NCBI RefSeq assembly: GCF_035594765.1
Contig: NC_085843.1
Coordinates: 273,831,971 to 273,895,970, forward strand
Direction of reading: 5' to 3'
Origin: Anolis carolinensis
Taxonomy: Eukaryota
DNA length: 64,000 nt
Part shown: piece after piece, positions 1 to 12,059 of the stretch
How the letters are laid out: the number at the start of each line of letters is the position of its first letter
Position numbering within the stretch: position 1 is the stretch's first letter
The notes under the pieces: model-generated
What the model was told of the DNA's origin: nothing
Seen by the model: the letters and a program-made list of their open reading frames with translations, nothing else
The model's database searches: none
Translations under genes and position numbers: made by a program

Positions 1-935
1 AAAAATGGCACCATTTCCTCCTATCAGCTCTAATTTTTGAGAAATAGAATATATGCCATATGCCATTCTTCACTCTGCACGCTCATAAAAAAGCCATGAT
101 AACTGTTGTATGTCAGCCTATTCAGTCTGTGTCTTTTACCACTGTGCAGCCTGCGTCTGATGTTCATGAAGGGAATGATGGGCTTGGACTGGAGTTAAAT
201 GTTGATGAGAGGCCTGAGCAGCCAGAATTAAGTGTAGATGAACAAGGTTCAAATGAGAGGCTTGAGCCAGGAGAGATGTCAGGGGAAGACCTTTCACTGA
301 GTTCTGCAAGGCAACAATCTGGTAGTGATTCGGAGGTTGTTTTGCCAGCTGACAGTGATAGAACAACCTTGACCCATAGGCAGCTTTATAATAAATATAG
401 GGAAGACTCTTAGAAAGTCAGGTGCTCTGCTCATTTACAACAGAAGAGAGATAGCAATCAGTTATCAGCTGGGAAAGGCTAAACAAATGCATTCCTCACT
501 TTTGGAGTTTTTGGAATTTTGGAGAAGGCATTTATTGATTGTTGCAGCTTTCAGTTTTCAGTTGAGGCAACTTTGCTTTACCTTCTTGGTCCTGTTTCCA
601 TGTGCTCTGTGTATCCAGGGAATTTACAAGTTCAAGCTCACCTTTGGGATTTTACTGTTTGCTTTTTGAATTACTTTGTCCAACTTTTGCCGATGGTTTT
701 GTGTTAATATGTTATATTCTACAATAAACTGCTTGCTGGTTTTACCTGTTGGGTGTGCTGTTTACAGTCAAAGGGATTTCCTGCCTTGGAGTGTGTCGAT
801 AACCATATCTAAGAAACTAGAGTTGATATGGTCAACTAATGTACTTTTCTGAATCAGTATTCCAAATAAGCCTAGGAACAAGCCTAAAAACCAAGACACC
901 AAGATTTTTATTGTTATTTTTTTGTTGGACTATGT
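1..935. mobile_element. Degraded non-autonomous DNA transposon (right end), interrupted by the solo LTR at 104-798; superfamily uncertain
   Basis: Sequence on either side of the LTR joins through the ATAAC duplication. The end (...tttttgttggactatgt) resembles a recalled Anolis DNA transposon terminus. Confidence 0.4.
104..798 (+). mobile_element. Solo LTR, probably Gypsy-type
   Basis: Starts TGTTG and ends ...GTGTCG (likely a mutated CA). 5-bp TSD ATAAC at 99-103 and 799-803. AATAAA at 724-729, about 70 bp before the end. Confidence 0.75.
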
Positions 936-1109
936 AATCATTCTAAGGAGGGTGACACAGCTAACTCACTGACATCCTGGTCACTGGATCCTTTCCATTT
1001 TTCTTTCAAAGGTATGTCCTCATCTAGAAAACTACCCCCAGCTTTAAAATTTCTTTGCAAAAGTGTAAAGATATATAAGTGAATACTATAGTTAGGGTTG
1101 TCTATGCCT

Positions 1110-1523
1110 TTGGCTTTTCAATATCTATGTATGGTTATACAGAACTGAACAATGAAGAAAGCTGATAGGAAGAAAATGAACTCATTGAAATGTGGTGCTT
1201 GAAAAGAGTTTTACAGATACTTACAGTGGACTGTTAAAAACACAAATAAATGGGTTCTAGAGCAAAAGCCAAAATGATTAAATTGAGACTATGGTACTTT
1301 GGACATACCATGAGAAGACATGACTCACAAGAAAAGATAATAATGCTTGTTAAGGCAGAAAGAAAAGAGGAAGATTGTTTTCCAAATGGATAGATTCAAT
1401 CAAGGAAGTTATGGTCCTGATCTGTAGTATGTGAGCAGGACTGTTGATAATACGGTGATTTGGAGGTCCTCATTCATAAGGTTTCCATCAATTGAAGCCA
1501 GCTTGACAGCAGTTAACAACAAG
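1110..1523 (+). mobile_element. RTE/BovB-type LINE 3' fragment, degraded
   Basis: Decayed RTE C-terminal motifs (gaaatgtggtgc, tactttggacat...atgagaaga) and a (CAA)n-like tail. Confidence 0.75.
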
Positions 1524-1930
1524 CTAGAGCTGCGCTTTCATGACTGTTATGCATTCACAGTCCCTAAGGTACACTGTTGTTTAGGAGCTATATAGTGACA
1601 GTGAAAGTCCCCAATCCTTTCTTACTGGAAGTAGCCACTTTAGTCTACAAGAGTACATTCCTATGTTGAATGGAAAGCGGCTGGCTGATAGTCTCACTCT
1701 TTATTCACATAAATGATCTCTGGCATAAGAGGAAATTGTGACAGGTATACTTCTTCTGTCACACTAGAGATGGCTCTCAAGAGAGGGTGATAATGGCAGC
1801 CAGCTGCTTCCTGAGCAACAGGGGAAAATATCCCTACCGATGACAGCAGCTACTTGATAATATTGGAGGGGATTCCCTTCTCTGCCTTGTATATATGGTA
1901 AATCCCATACTGAATTCTGGCTATTCTTGA

Positions 1931-1983
1931 TAGTAGTAGTAGTAGTAGTAGTAGCAGCAGTAGCAGTAGTAGCAGCAGCAGTA
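1931..1983. repeat. (TAG)n/(CAG)n compound microsatellite
   Basis: Read directly from the sequence. Confidence 0.95.
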
Positions 1984-2504
1984 CTAATATTCAGTATTAC
2001 AGTTATGGATTCATAACTTAGAATTTCAGATCTATAAGTAGTCTATAACTAGTCTTACTGCAAACATATGCAAATGTCATCCCAGAGCCAAAAGACTTAA
2101 GCATCTCCTACAGAGTATAGATGGGAAATCAGAAATAGACTGATAATTATAGTTCTAGACTGTTATGTACAGTTATGGTTAGTCCCCCCTCCCCCCGGTG
2201 TCATCCCCACTCCCTCCCTTGAGACTGCCCCAGAGGATCCTGTGAGATTAGTTGGGCTTCAATAGTTACTTGTATTTGGTCTTTAGCCTAGATTTTAAAT
2301 TGGTAAATAATTCAATTTTATAATGGTTTTTAATTTTTTTATTATAATTTTATTATTATTAACGAAGTCTGACATGGAGGTACAGAACTGGGTACCCTTG
2401 TTACGAGCTGGTCATTGACCATAATAAAAGTTTACTTACTACATCCCAGTTCACCTTAAGTCTCAGCGGCCGGATCAGGCAAATTAGTAGAAGTAGTAGT
2501 AGTA

Positions 2505-3200
2505 GTATGTTTATTTATACCCCAATTTTATCTGCTTTTAAGGAGACTCAAAGCAGCTTACATTAAACTCATTTTAATACAATTTAAAACCCACAAATAT
2601 ATAAACATTAAAACAGAATTAAACATCAGTGGTATGAAAAAATTGACAGTTAAAATCCATAAAACTGACTCAAAATTCATTGAAAACCAAAACCACAGCA
2701 CCCCTTGACTTAAAAACCTTCTTCTTAAAAGCCTGCCTGAATGAAAATGTTTTAGCCTGCCACCGGAAAGACAGCAGGGAGGGGGCCATTCTGGTTTCCC
2801 TGGGCAAGGAGTTCCAGAGCTGAGAGGCAGCCACCAAGAAAGAAGGCCTGCTCTCTCTCTCTCTCTTGTTCCCACCAACTGATCTTGAGATGGAGGTGGG
2901 AATGAGAGAAGGGCCTCTCCTGAAGATCTCATGGCTTGGGCAGGCTCATATAAAGTGATGCAGTCAGCCAAATAGCCTAGAACTGAGCCATCTTAGGCTT
3001 TAAGCACCTCGAATTGTGCCCAGAAACACACTGACAGCCAGTGGAGCTGCTGCAACAGTGGAGTTGTCCGCTTCCTGTAGCCAGCGCCAGTGAGCAACCT
3101 GACTACAGCCTTTTTGAACCAGCTGAATTTTCTGAGTACTCTTCAGAGGCAGACCCATGTACAGCATGTTACAGTAATCCAGATGGGATGGAACTAAGGC
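2505..3200 (-). mobile_element. L2 LINE 3' fragment, degraded
   Basis: L2-type tail read in reverse (tttatttataccc...actcaaagcagcttaca), followed by decayed RT C-terminal sequence. Confidence 0.65.
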
Positions 3201-3842
3201 ATGTACTGCTCCGGCCTATAACGCAAAGAAAGAAAAACATAATGTCTTTCCTTTTTGTATTACTCTAAAACAATCCCCTTCTTGCAGACAGGCTTATAAT
3301 TAAAGGAAATGTATGATTTACCTATTTTGTACAATTGACTCTTCCAATTTGAGGTAAAACAAAATTCATTCCCCGCCCACCACAAAAATGATTTGGGGAT
3401 TCAATATCCATTCTTGTGCTTGGAAAGGAGAGAAATCTTAACAGAAGCAAAGAAATTTGACTTGTCCAGCTTGTGGATCCTTCGACCACAGTGCATCTCA
3501 TTTTGCATCAACACTGCTGGTGTGCCAGCAATGAGTGTTGGAGAGATGTACTTGGAATTCACAGTGCCATAGCTAAGGCAACACAACATGAATGCAGAGC
3601 CAGTTCTGGGAGTTGAAGTATTCTCACTGCAATATAATTGGTACACAAACTAAAAATTACCAAATGTTTGAAAAAGCTTTGTTTGAATCACCTATGAGGG
3701 GATGTCGTTTTTACAAATAACACTATAATAAGAACAACTCTCTTCTCTGCTTTCCAAAGCATGGTCATTTTATTCTCTTTCAATATAACCTTCTAATGGA
3801 GGTTAGCTTCCTTTCGTCTTGCTCCCTTAGTCTGATGAAAAT

Positions 3843-3855
3843 GTTGCTAGGTAAC
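3843..3855. promoter_or_regulatory. RFX X-box-like site
   Basis: GTTGCTAGGTAAC matches the GTTRC..GYAAC X-box inverted repeat. Confidence 0.35.
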
Positions 3856-4451
3856 AGTTATGGGATAGGATGAACCTAATGAATGGGCCTCTCTTCCCAG
3901 AACTGGAAACTGCAGCTAATAGTCTCCATGTCAGTGAGACAGGAAAGCGCTTCCGGGTTTTAATTCAGGGAGGCATCTATGGTGCTGAATCATATTCCAT
4001 CCAAATACGTTCAGGGCCTTAGGGAGATCCTTCAACATTCAGAGTAAAACCTAAAGTGGTTTCACCATTCCACTCACATGCAAGCCCTAAATGCTACCAG
4101 TAGATCCTGCACTCCTCAAGTTGTAAGAGATTAATATACTTCAATCTCATTACTAGGTGTGGTGTAAAATTATTTCCAGTATATTTGGGTTAAGATAGAA
4201 TTTTGATAAAATCTGGGCTGGCATCTTGTATTGCAAAGATTCATGTAAGTGCTCCATGTTCAGTTATCCTACGTATTAATAACTGTGGTACACTTGCCAT
4301 GGTTGCAAATGCTCCCCCCAACCCAAACCCCATCTTACACTCCAGGGAGTTGCACCAAAGATCTCTTTGCCTGGGAATTGAGGTGCTGCAGTGTAACATT
4401 TCCAGCACATTCCCACCAACAAGCAAGGCTACCATATTCAGAAGCAGCACC

Positions 4452-5380
4452 TGTGATGACTCATGGGCCATGTAGTCCCGTTCCTGGCGCTGTTGTGCCA
4501 GATGAAGAGGAAAACTTGGGTTTTTCACCGTTTCAGCCAGAATTGGAACTTTCTCAGCCAGATTTGGAGCCCTTGCACCTGCAAGAGATTTGTCTTCCAG
4601 AAGTCTGTCAAACAAGCCCTGAGCCGAAATCTCCCCCGTTTTCTCGCCATGATTTTTGTAAACAACAGAGGGGAGTTGAACAGGCGTCTCGCAGGAGTGC
4701 TAGGATAGCTGCTAAGCATTCAGCTGATTAAGCCTGCTTTCCATGGGAAACTTTAAGGAGTCATGCATCTGGACTCAGAGAATAGCTTTCGTTTCTGGTT
4801 CTCCAGAGAACTGCTCTTTGGCGGGAAAACGAGACCCTATTTAGGTGTTCTACCCACAAAGGGATCTTGCGGAGTCAATTCGTCAGCTACTGGAGTAGCG
4901 TGTGTGGACAGCTACTCCCGCTTCCAAGTCAAGCCTTCGTTCCCAGCCTTGTTTACTCTACGAACCTCGCCTTGCTTTCCAGGACTCAGCCTTGCCTTGT
5001 TTCCCGGATTTTGCCAAGTAATTACCACGGATCTTGTTCTTGCTCCTCGTTCCTTGTTGCCTTGTATCAAGCCTTGTTTTTCCGAGAATCAAGTTACTCC
5101 CTAGCCTCGCTCAAGTTTCATGGACTAAAGGACCTTGTCATCTCCCCTCACTTTGCTTGGCAAAGTGAGTGTTTCGGTTATTGGATTACAACTTTGGACC
5201 TTAATATTTCATATTGGACGTTGTTTCTTTGGACTAAGTCTGACCTTTCTTGAAAGGTCTACTTCTGGACTATTTCATACACTTGCTTTTATTAACTTTA
5301 TATATTCCCTCAATAAAGATATTAGATAGATTCTGGCCTCTGTGTATGGTTATTGGTGCTCTGCAGCCTGGGTCGTGACA
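4452..5380 (+). mobile_element. Solo LTR (929 bp), young, probably Gypsy-type
   Basis: TGT...ACA termini. Perfect 5-bp TSD GCACC (4447-4451, 5381-5385). TATA-like ctattta near 4837 and AATAAA at 5312. CpGs retained. Confidence 0.9.
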
Positions 5381-5676
5381 GCACCTTTCTTGCAATTCCT
5401 CATTATAACACATATTGCTGGTGAGAAGGGGCTGGAAATTCCATCTTGTTAGGCTCTGATCTGCAGGAGAACAGTCATCCACCACTCAGTGAAGCTACTG
5501 ATTGTTAAGGTAGGCTTGGGAGGTCAGATCAGGAACATTATCTCATGGACTTTGGACTCCATTTCCATGTGCTTTGGAAACAACACCCTACAGGAGTCCC
5601 ATGGAGGTCCATCAGATGGCATAAGGGCACTTCCAGTGGGATTCTATGGTGCTCCATTTCCCAAGCACATTTCCAT

Positions 5677-6140
5677 GGGGCCAGGCTGGTAAGCAGCTGC
5701 TGCAATAAATCACTCTGACCATGTGGTCATGAGTTTGAGGTGAGCACCCACCAATTAAAAATTAAAAATATAGCCCCTGCTCGTTGCTGACCTAGCAACC
5801 CAAAAGATAGTTGCATCTATCAAGTAGGAAATTAAGGTACCACTTATAAAAAGTGGGGAGGCAAGTTTAACTAATTTACAACATTGGAATGAGGAAGTGA
5901 GGAAGTGCTGTCAGAGTGGATGATGAAGCAGCTGCTCCCCCCTGTGGCCAGAATCAAACATCCCCTCAGGAGAAGGTTAAATTGCCTCTGTGTCTGTCTG
6001 TCTGTCTGTCTCTGTCTCGGTTTGATGTGTTTATGGGCATTGAATGTTTGCTCTATATGTATATAATGTGATATATTGAGCACCCCTGAGTGCTCTTCGG
6101 GGTGAGAAGGGTGGAATATAAATACTGTAAATAAATAAAC
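5677..6140 (+). mobile_element. Anolis SINE2-type SINE with L2-like 3' tail
   Basis: tRNA-like head (ctgacc...gtcatgagtttgagg), internal (TGTC)n, and tail ctgagt...cttcggggtgagaagggtggaatataaatactgtaaataaataaa. Related copies at 32028 and 34211. Confidence 0.85.
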
Positions 6141-8199
6141 AAAGACCTCTATCAGGAGTCAGGTGTCAATGGACTCCTGATAGAGAAAGACAGGGTAAAG
6201 CAGAGGAAAGACGGTTGAAAACAATGAAAGGATGTGGGATGAATGGCCACATGAGAATACAGGTTTCCCCCAACCATCAGATGAAGTCCTAGGAGAGAAC
6301 ACTTAGTTACACATTTATAACTAAATTGATGATGCTGGAACTCATTTGAGTTCAGAAATTTGAAAAATATCTTTGTGTTCAAAATAAAATTTTAAAGACT
6401 GCATTGGAGCTTAGAGTTTTTAATTCTTAATAGCTCTGTGTTGGAACTCCTTTGTATTGAACCATGTTTGTAGTAAGGAATCAGAGTTCACATCCTTTTT
6501 TCTCCTCTTATAAGTTCTTCATCTTTAACAACCAGTGTCCATGCTTGTGGAAAAATTCTGGATTTTATAGTCTAAAGATGTAACATTTACAGGTTCTAAA
6601 TTGGAGTCTATAGAACTGTTTTGTTTTGCAATAAACTTTAATCGTATTTTACTGATCAAGAAAATGCAAACTTAGCATGTGCTTCAAATTTCACATAAAT
6701 TAATTTCCTTGCATTAACAAAAATGGTATGTGTGTGTGTGATAATGACAGCTGTTCAGCTTCTCTCAATCCAATTAATTTTAATGAGAGCTTTTAAATTT
6801 TCACTGCAAAGCAGGGAGCCATATATATACATGCACCATATATGCATTCTCACTTGACTGCAGGCCAGTTTCAGTGGAATATGACATTTTCTATGCAAAA
6901 TCAAATTTTCAGCTCTAGCTTATCCTTAATAGCAGAATTAGCAGTCAATTAGTTTTGGTAAATAATTAATGGAATGCACCTGACATGAGATTCAATTCAA
7001 GCTGCTTTTGGAATTTGCCACTGTGATTTCCTATGCTCTGTCAGAAGAACCAAGCAAATAACAGGGGCTCTGGGGGTGTCAGTTTTTGTGCCTGTAACAA
7101 CTGATGGCATCAGATGTCTTCCGCATCAACTAGGTGCTCTATATTCTAGTTTGATCTTTGAATGAGTTATCCAAGATGGAGAAGCCTATAGGAGATTCAC
7201 CATCCCACAGAATAAGAGATAACAATTTTTTTCTTGGATGTGATACCATCTACTTATCATTAAGGAGTTTAGAATGAGCATTAGCAGAGAAATTTTGTAT
7301 TTTCTTCTTATTTTCTCTAGGATGTGACCTTAATCAGAGCAGCTTTATCACATAATTTATCATATGATATTGCAAACTGAGCAGTTAAGTAAAAGGGGAA
7401 AACACATCTTTTAAATATATCTATCACATTTTTAGAGAATCAATAGTTTTCTTCATTTTTGTCACATTCATAGCAAATTATAGCTCTCTTTCTAACAGCA
7501 AACTCAGAGGTTAATTTCAGCCACATTAGAGTCAAAATGGGACCACTAAGACACCTGACACCTGATGCTATGATGAATTATAATTGAATTCCTAAACTGG
7601 GGACGGGGGAAGCATATGCAACCCCTGGATACCACTTTTGTGTTCCCCCGCAAACTCTCACCAATCCTCCAAAGCCACCATGATCATCCATTTTTAAAAT
7701 ATGAATATAGTTTCAAGCACCATTTCACCCAAAAGATACATAAAAAGCTGTCCTCCGGCTCAAAACACACTTACCACCATCCCAAATCACCACCAAATAA
7801 AAACAGTGACAGGAATTTATGCAATCTCACTTTTGGTCACCTTTTTGAGAAGGACTCTTTAACTGGGATTAAATGGAAGTCCACTGGCAAGGGAGTTTCT
7901 GTGCCATTGGTACAGACTGATAAGCATTGCCACTCTTTTGCCCGTGTTCCATTTACACATCTTAGAAATTCACCAACAGAGTTTCTTAACCACTCTACAA
8001 TGTAACTAAAGTCAGCCTTCTGCATTTTGTTTTTTGATTATTTGTGGATTTGATTTAAAATGTTCTCTCCAATGTGGTGCTATGATCAACGTCTGCCTAA
8101 AATTGACCATCAGGTCCCATTTAGTGGGCCTGGACATTCCTGGAAAGAACACCTATGTAGCAAACTGAATTTATTTAGATTAGCCCATTATTCCTGTCC

Positions 8200-8455
8200 T
8201 ATCTCTTATCTGTGCTGCATTTCCCCAACTCCATAATTTGCTCCTTGTTTCCTAGGCTGAGCTGTATTCTCCTTTGAGGAAAAGACTGAGGCAAAGACGG
8301 TGTTGAGCAGTTCTGCCTTTCCTCTGTCCCCTGTTAGCATTTTGCCATCACCTGTATGCAACATTTCCTTGTTCTTCCTTTCACTACGGACATTACCAAA
8401 AAGGCCCTTTATATTGCTTTTAACTTTTTGAACAAGTTTGAGTTCTTCAGTTGAT
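8200..8455 (-). mobile_element. Old CR1 ORF2 fragment
   Basis: Peptide TGDRGKAELLNTVFASVFS aligns with [19 protein letters not shown] of the young CR1 ORF2 in this window. Confidence 0.85.
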
Positions 8456-8839
8456 TTCCTCTCATCTAATCCATTACTGGCAGACATCAACAAAGAATTG
8501 AAACTGTTGATTGGACTGAGGTGGAAACTAGAGATGGAGGTGTCTGCTATCCCTTTCTAGCTGGAAAGCTTTCTCTCCCACCCCAACCCCATTCTAATTT
8601 CCAATACAGTTACTGAGTGTGCAGTTAGATTACCAACTTTTACCAGGCAATATTTTGTTTGGAGGAATGCAAGCAAAGCTGTAGGTGTGCCTGAGGCAAT
8701 GCCTTCAGTGATAGTTTGGCCAGAATTGTAATTCTCCCTCACTAAGGGGGAATACATCTGTTTTGCTTTTCATAAGATTCAGATATTTTTCACATGTACA
8801 GATTTATCCATAATGTTTCTTCTAGACACTGAAAAATGT

Positions 8840-9143
8840 ACAGTATATCCCTGTATCTGTGTGGGATACATTACCAGACTTACTGCAATTAACAAACATT
8901 GCAAATAGCAAACTCTGAGGAACCAAATGACTTTTGGCAGAAGTATGCTATAGAGTTGTGCTGTAGAACTAGGAAATGTCTGGAGAGAAATCACCTTTGT
9001 CAGCATTGCTAAGTCCTCCACAGTGACTCTATGCTCAGTTTCTGGTAGAAGCATACAATAGAGTTGTGGTGAAAATGCATTAAGAAGACATTTGTCAGAT
9101 GTGGATAAATGAAATTGCATGGCTGCAGATATAGGGGTCATAC
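8840..9143. mobile_element. Degraded Tc1/mariner (Tigger-like) MITE
   Basis: Starts ta|cagt. Imperfect terminal inverted repeats (ccctgtatctg ... cagatatagggg). Confidence 0.45.
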
Positions 9144-9363
9144 GTTATACGTTTTGTCATTTTTCTTTCTATTAAAGAAACGTTCTATGCACATTTTGCC
9201 CAATATATTACTGTTGTGTGTGTGCATATCTTTTTCTGTGCTGTTCTCCCTAATATACACATCTTTGTACATATCCTTTCTTTATCTTTCCTTCCTTTCT
9301 TCTTCCTTCCTTCCTTCTGTTGGTGTTGGAAATAGCAACCTCCCAAGCCTTTCACTATTTATT

Positions 9364-9973
9364 TGTTAATGCATATATTTGCTAATCTATATTCTATGTG
9401 TATATTGATTTGCCAGTTTGACGTACCTCTTTGGTGTGGGAGGGGTTACAGACATATGTTGGTACTGAACATGTTGAGACTCAGGACTCCATTCTGTATT
9501 CTGTCTGCTTAAGACCTCAGTGGAGGTAGATGCATGTTTGCATCAGACCTCAGTGGAGGTGGATTCATATTGCTGTTTGGACTTCAGTAGAGAAGTATGA
9601 CTTTTGGACTTTAGTGAGTACAACTATACCTAAGACTATGGACTATTGATTAAGAATGATATCCTGTATTCTCAACACAGAAAGAAGCTACATCTTATCT
9701 ATAACTGAACGTTAATAAGAAATGTGACTGTATGGTGAATTAATACAAGATGTTTGTGAGTAAACAAGATATGCTATTGTCAAAGAAGACTTTGTTTTTT
9801 ATCTTTGAATGCATATTTTAAACTAAGATATCAAGGGAGTGTATATCTTTTGGGCAACTTCAAAGAAACAACAATCCTAATCAAATATATTTTTGTAGTA
9901 GCATGTCTTTGTCCTTGGCAGTTTAAAGACATGGTTCTTCAGTTTAACAGCTGAGTTACCTGTGCGCCATTAC
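9364..9973 (+). mobile_element. Possible old solo LTR
   Basis: Internal direct repeat agacctcagtggaggt twice, repeated tggact motifs, AGTAAA signal, ends ...ttaca. No TSD found and the left boundary is uncertain. Confidence 0.35.
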
Positions 9974-10474
9974 ATGAATGGGTGTCAAAAGGTGTTATCC
10001 ATGTGTTCATCGAGATTCACATTTGCCAAATGGAGATTACATCATTTTTCCTTTTCAATAAGGTTATAATTGCCATTTATTTTTAAAAGGATATGTGCCC
10101 AGAAACTGGGTACAGTTATTTCCAGTAGTTGGAGAACTACATCACAAAAACATGACAATAGTAAAAGCAGAATAAAAATGGCATTACAGCTGACATATTA
10201 ATTCTGGAAGTGGAAATCAATTAAGTACATACAAAAAAGCAAAGCAAATTGAAATGTAAATATTTCCAAGTAGTAACATAAAATAATAGGAAATATTTAT
10301 ATTTACTTTTGCTTTTGCTGCTTTAACAAGTAGTAACATACAATAAAATTGCTTTTATAATATACCACTCTGAGATTATATGGTACAAAGTCTCCGACTG
10401 GTGTAACCCTGTGTCGGAAAAAAACTATTATGAAGATTATTGGCTCTGTTTCTCGTTGTGATGGGTACATGAAT

Positions 10475-10690
10475 TGTTTGTTGTCATCATGTGCCTTAAA
10501 GTCATTTCTGACCTATGGCTACCATAATGCGAACCTATCACAGGGTTTTCTTGTCAAAATTTATGAGAAGAGTTTTGAGAGTGAAAGAGTGTGACTTATC
10601 CAAAGTAAACGCAGTGTCTTTCATAGCCAAGTGGGGATTCAAATCCTGGTCTCCAAAGCCAACATTCAAACCACTTACCTAGCTGACTCC
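10475..10690 (-). mobile_element. tRNA-derived SINE with RTE-type (CAA)n tail
   Basis: Reverse complement of the family at 21104 and 39577. Confidence 0.7.
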
Positions 10691-12059
10691 AATGCTTGGG
10701 TTGTTTTACAAATTAAAACTGAGCCATGCATAGCTGAATAACATAGGTGTGGTCAAAATAGTGTGGCCAGGCAACTAGAGGGCAAAAGTTATTAATGAGA
10801 ACATACAACACCACTATTTTAGGCAGAGAAACCCTAAATAGAGGTATTGAGTGGAGGGAGGGGGGTTGTATGAACCCAGTAGAATAGAATAAAATAGCTT
10901 TATTGTTATTGTACATTGTACAACAAAATTAAAGGTAATACAATATCCCACTACATTCCTCCTTTTCTTTTCTTTCCTCTCTTTTCTTCTCCATCCTGAT
11001 GAGCTAACTCAGTTCAAAAGTACTTTTGCATTCTGAATTACATCAGCAGCAATAGAAGCAAATGAAGGACAAAGGGCAAAAAGGAGAGAAATAGGGATAT
11101 TTTAAAATGTTAATACAACCTCATTACACAGAGCCATCATTTCCAAACTGGGGAAAAATGGTGAGAGATGAGCAGATAACACTAGTCCTCAAATTATGGT
11201 GTCTCTTGGCTCTCTTCACAACATGTCGTGCTGTTAAATTCAAAAACCCTGGGGCAAAACATTATTATAAGTTTTATGGCCACTTTCAATATGCAAAACC
11301 CTTTATGGCAATTACTTTGCATTCATTGCTTAATGGTGCATCAATTTAAGCAAGAAAAAAAGAGTGCAACATTGGAAGAATTGTTAAACAATCTTTCTCT
11401 TTTTAACTAACACTCCCCAAATCCCCCAATGGCCAAGGTTTCTGGAGGAATCAGTCCAAAAATGATGTTTCCATGCACTGAACTTTAAGTGGGACATGAA
11501 AAGGAGGGTCTCCAATCCAAATAAAGTAGTCTGGGGGCAGTTGGGGGAGATAACACATTGTTGTCCTTTTTTGGGAACTAATGGAAGATCCAAACAACAG
11601 CATTGATTAGACATCATCAACAAATCTGATTATTATGTTTTTTTATTCCCTACCTTTCTCCTAACGCAAAGGAGCTCACAACATGCAGCTAAAATCTTAA
11701 TTAGGTTATGATATTAAAGGACAATGAAATGGATGATCAAATTAAGGCAGCAACCCAATTTGAAAACATATTGTAGGAAAGCACAGCATCACTACAGTCA
11801 AAAGCTCTTTCCTCAGTAACCAGTTATTTCCCAAAAGCCTGACTGCATAAACCTCCCGTTGAAAGATATTTCTTAGCCTGGGACTGACCAAGCAGACAAT
11901 TCTTAAATTGCAATTCCCTTTGTTTCTTCTTATCATACGATGTCTTTCACAGCTAGAAGTTACAATTTCATAGAATCATAGAATCATAGAATAGTAGAGT
12001 TGGAAGAGACCACATGGGCCATCTAGTCCAACCCCCTGCTAAGAAGCAGGAAATCGCAT

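Noticed and set aside
10770-10786. CTCF-like GCAACTAGAGGGCA
   Set aside because: Mismatch in the CC core, and a single hit in 64 kb is plausible by chance.
10996-11025. CTGATGA as a third hammerhead
   Set aside because: No GAAA after a closed stem II, and no stems I or III.
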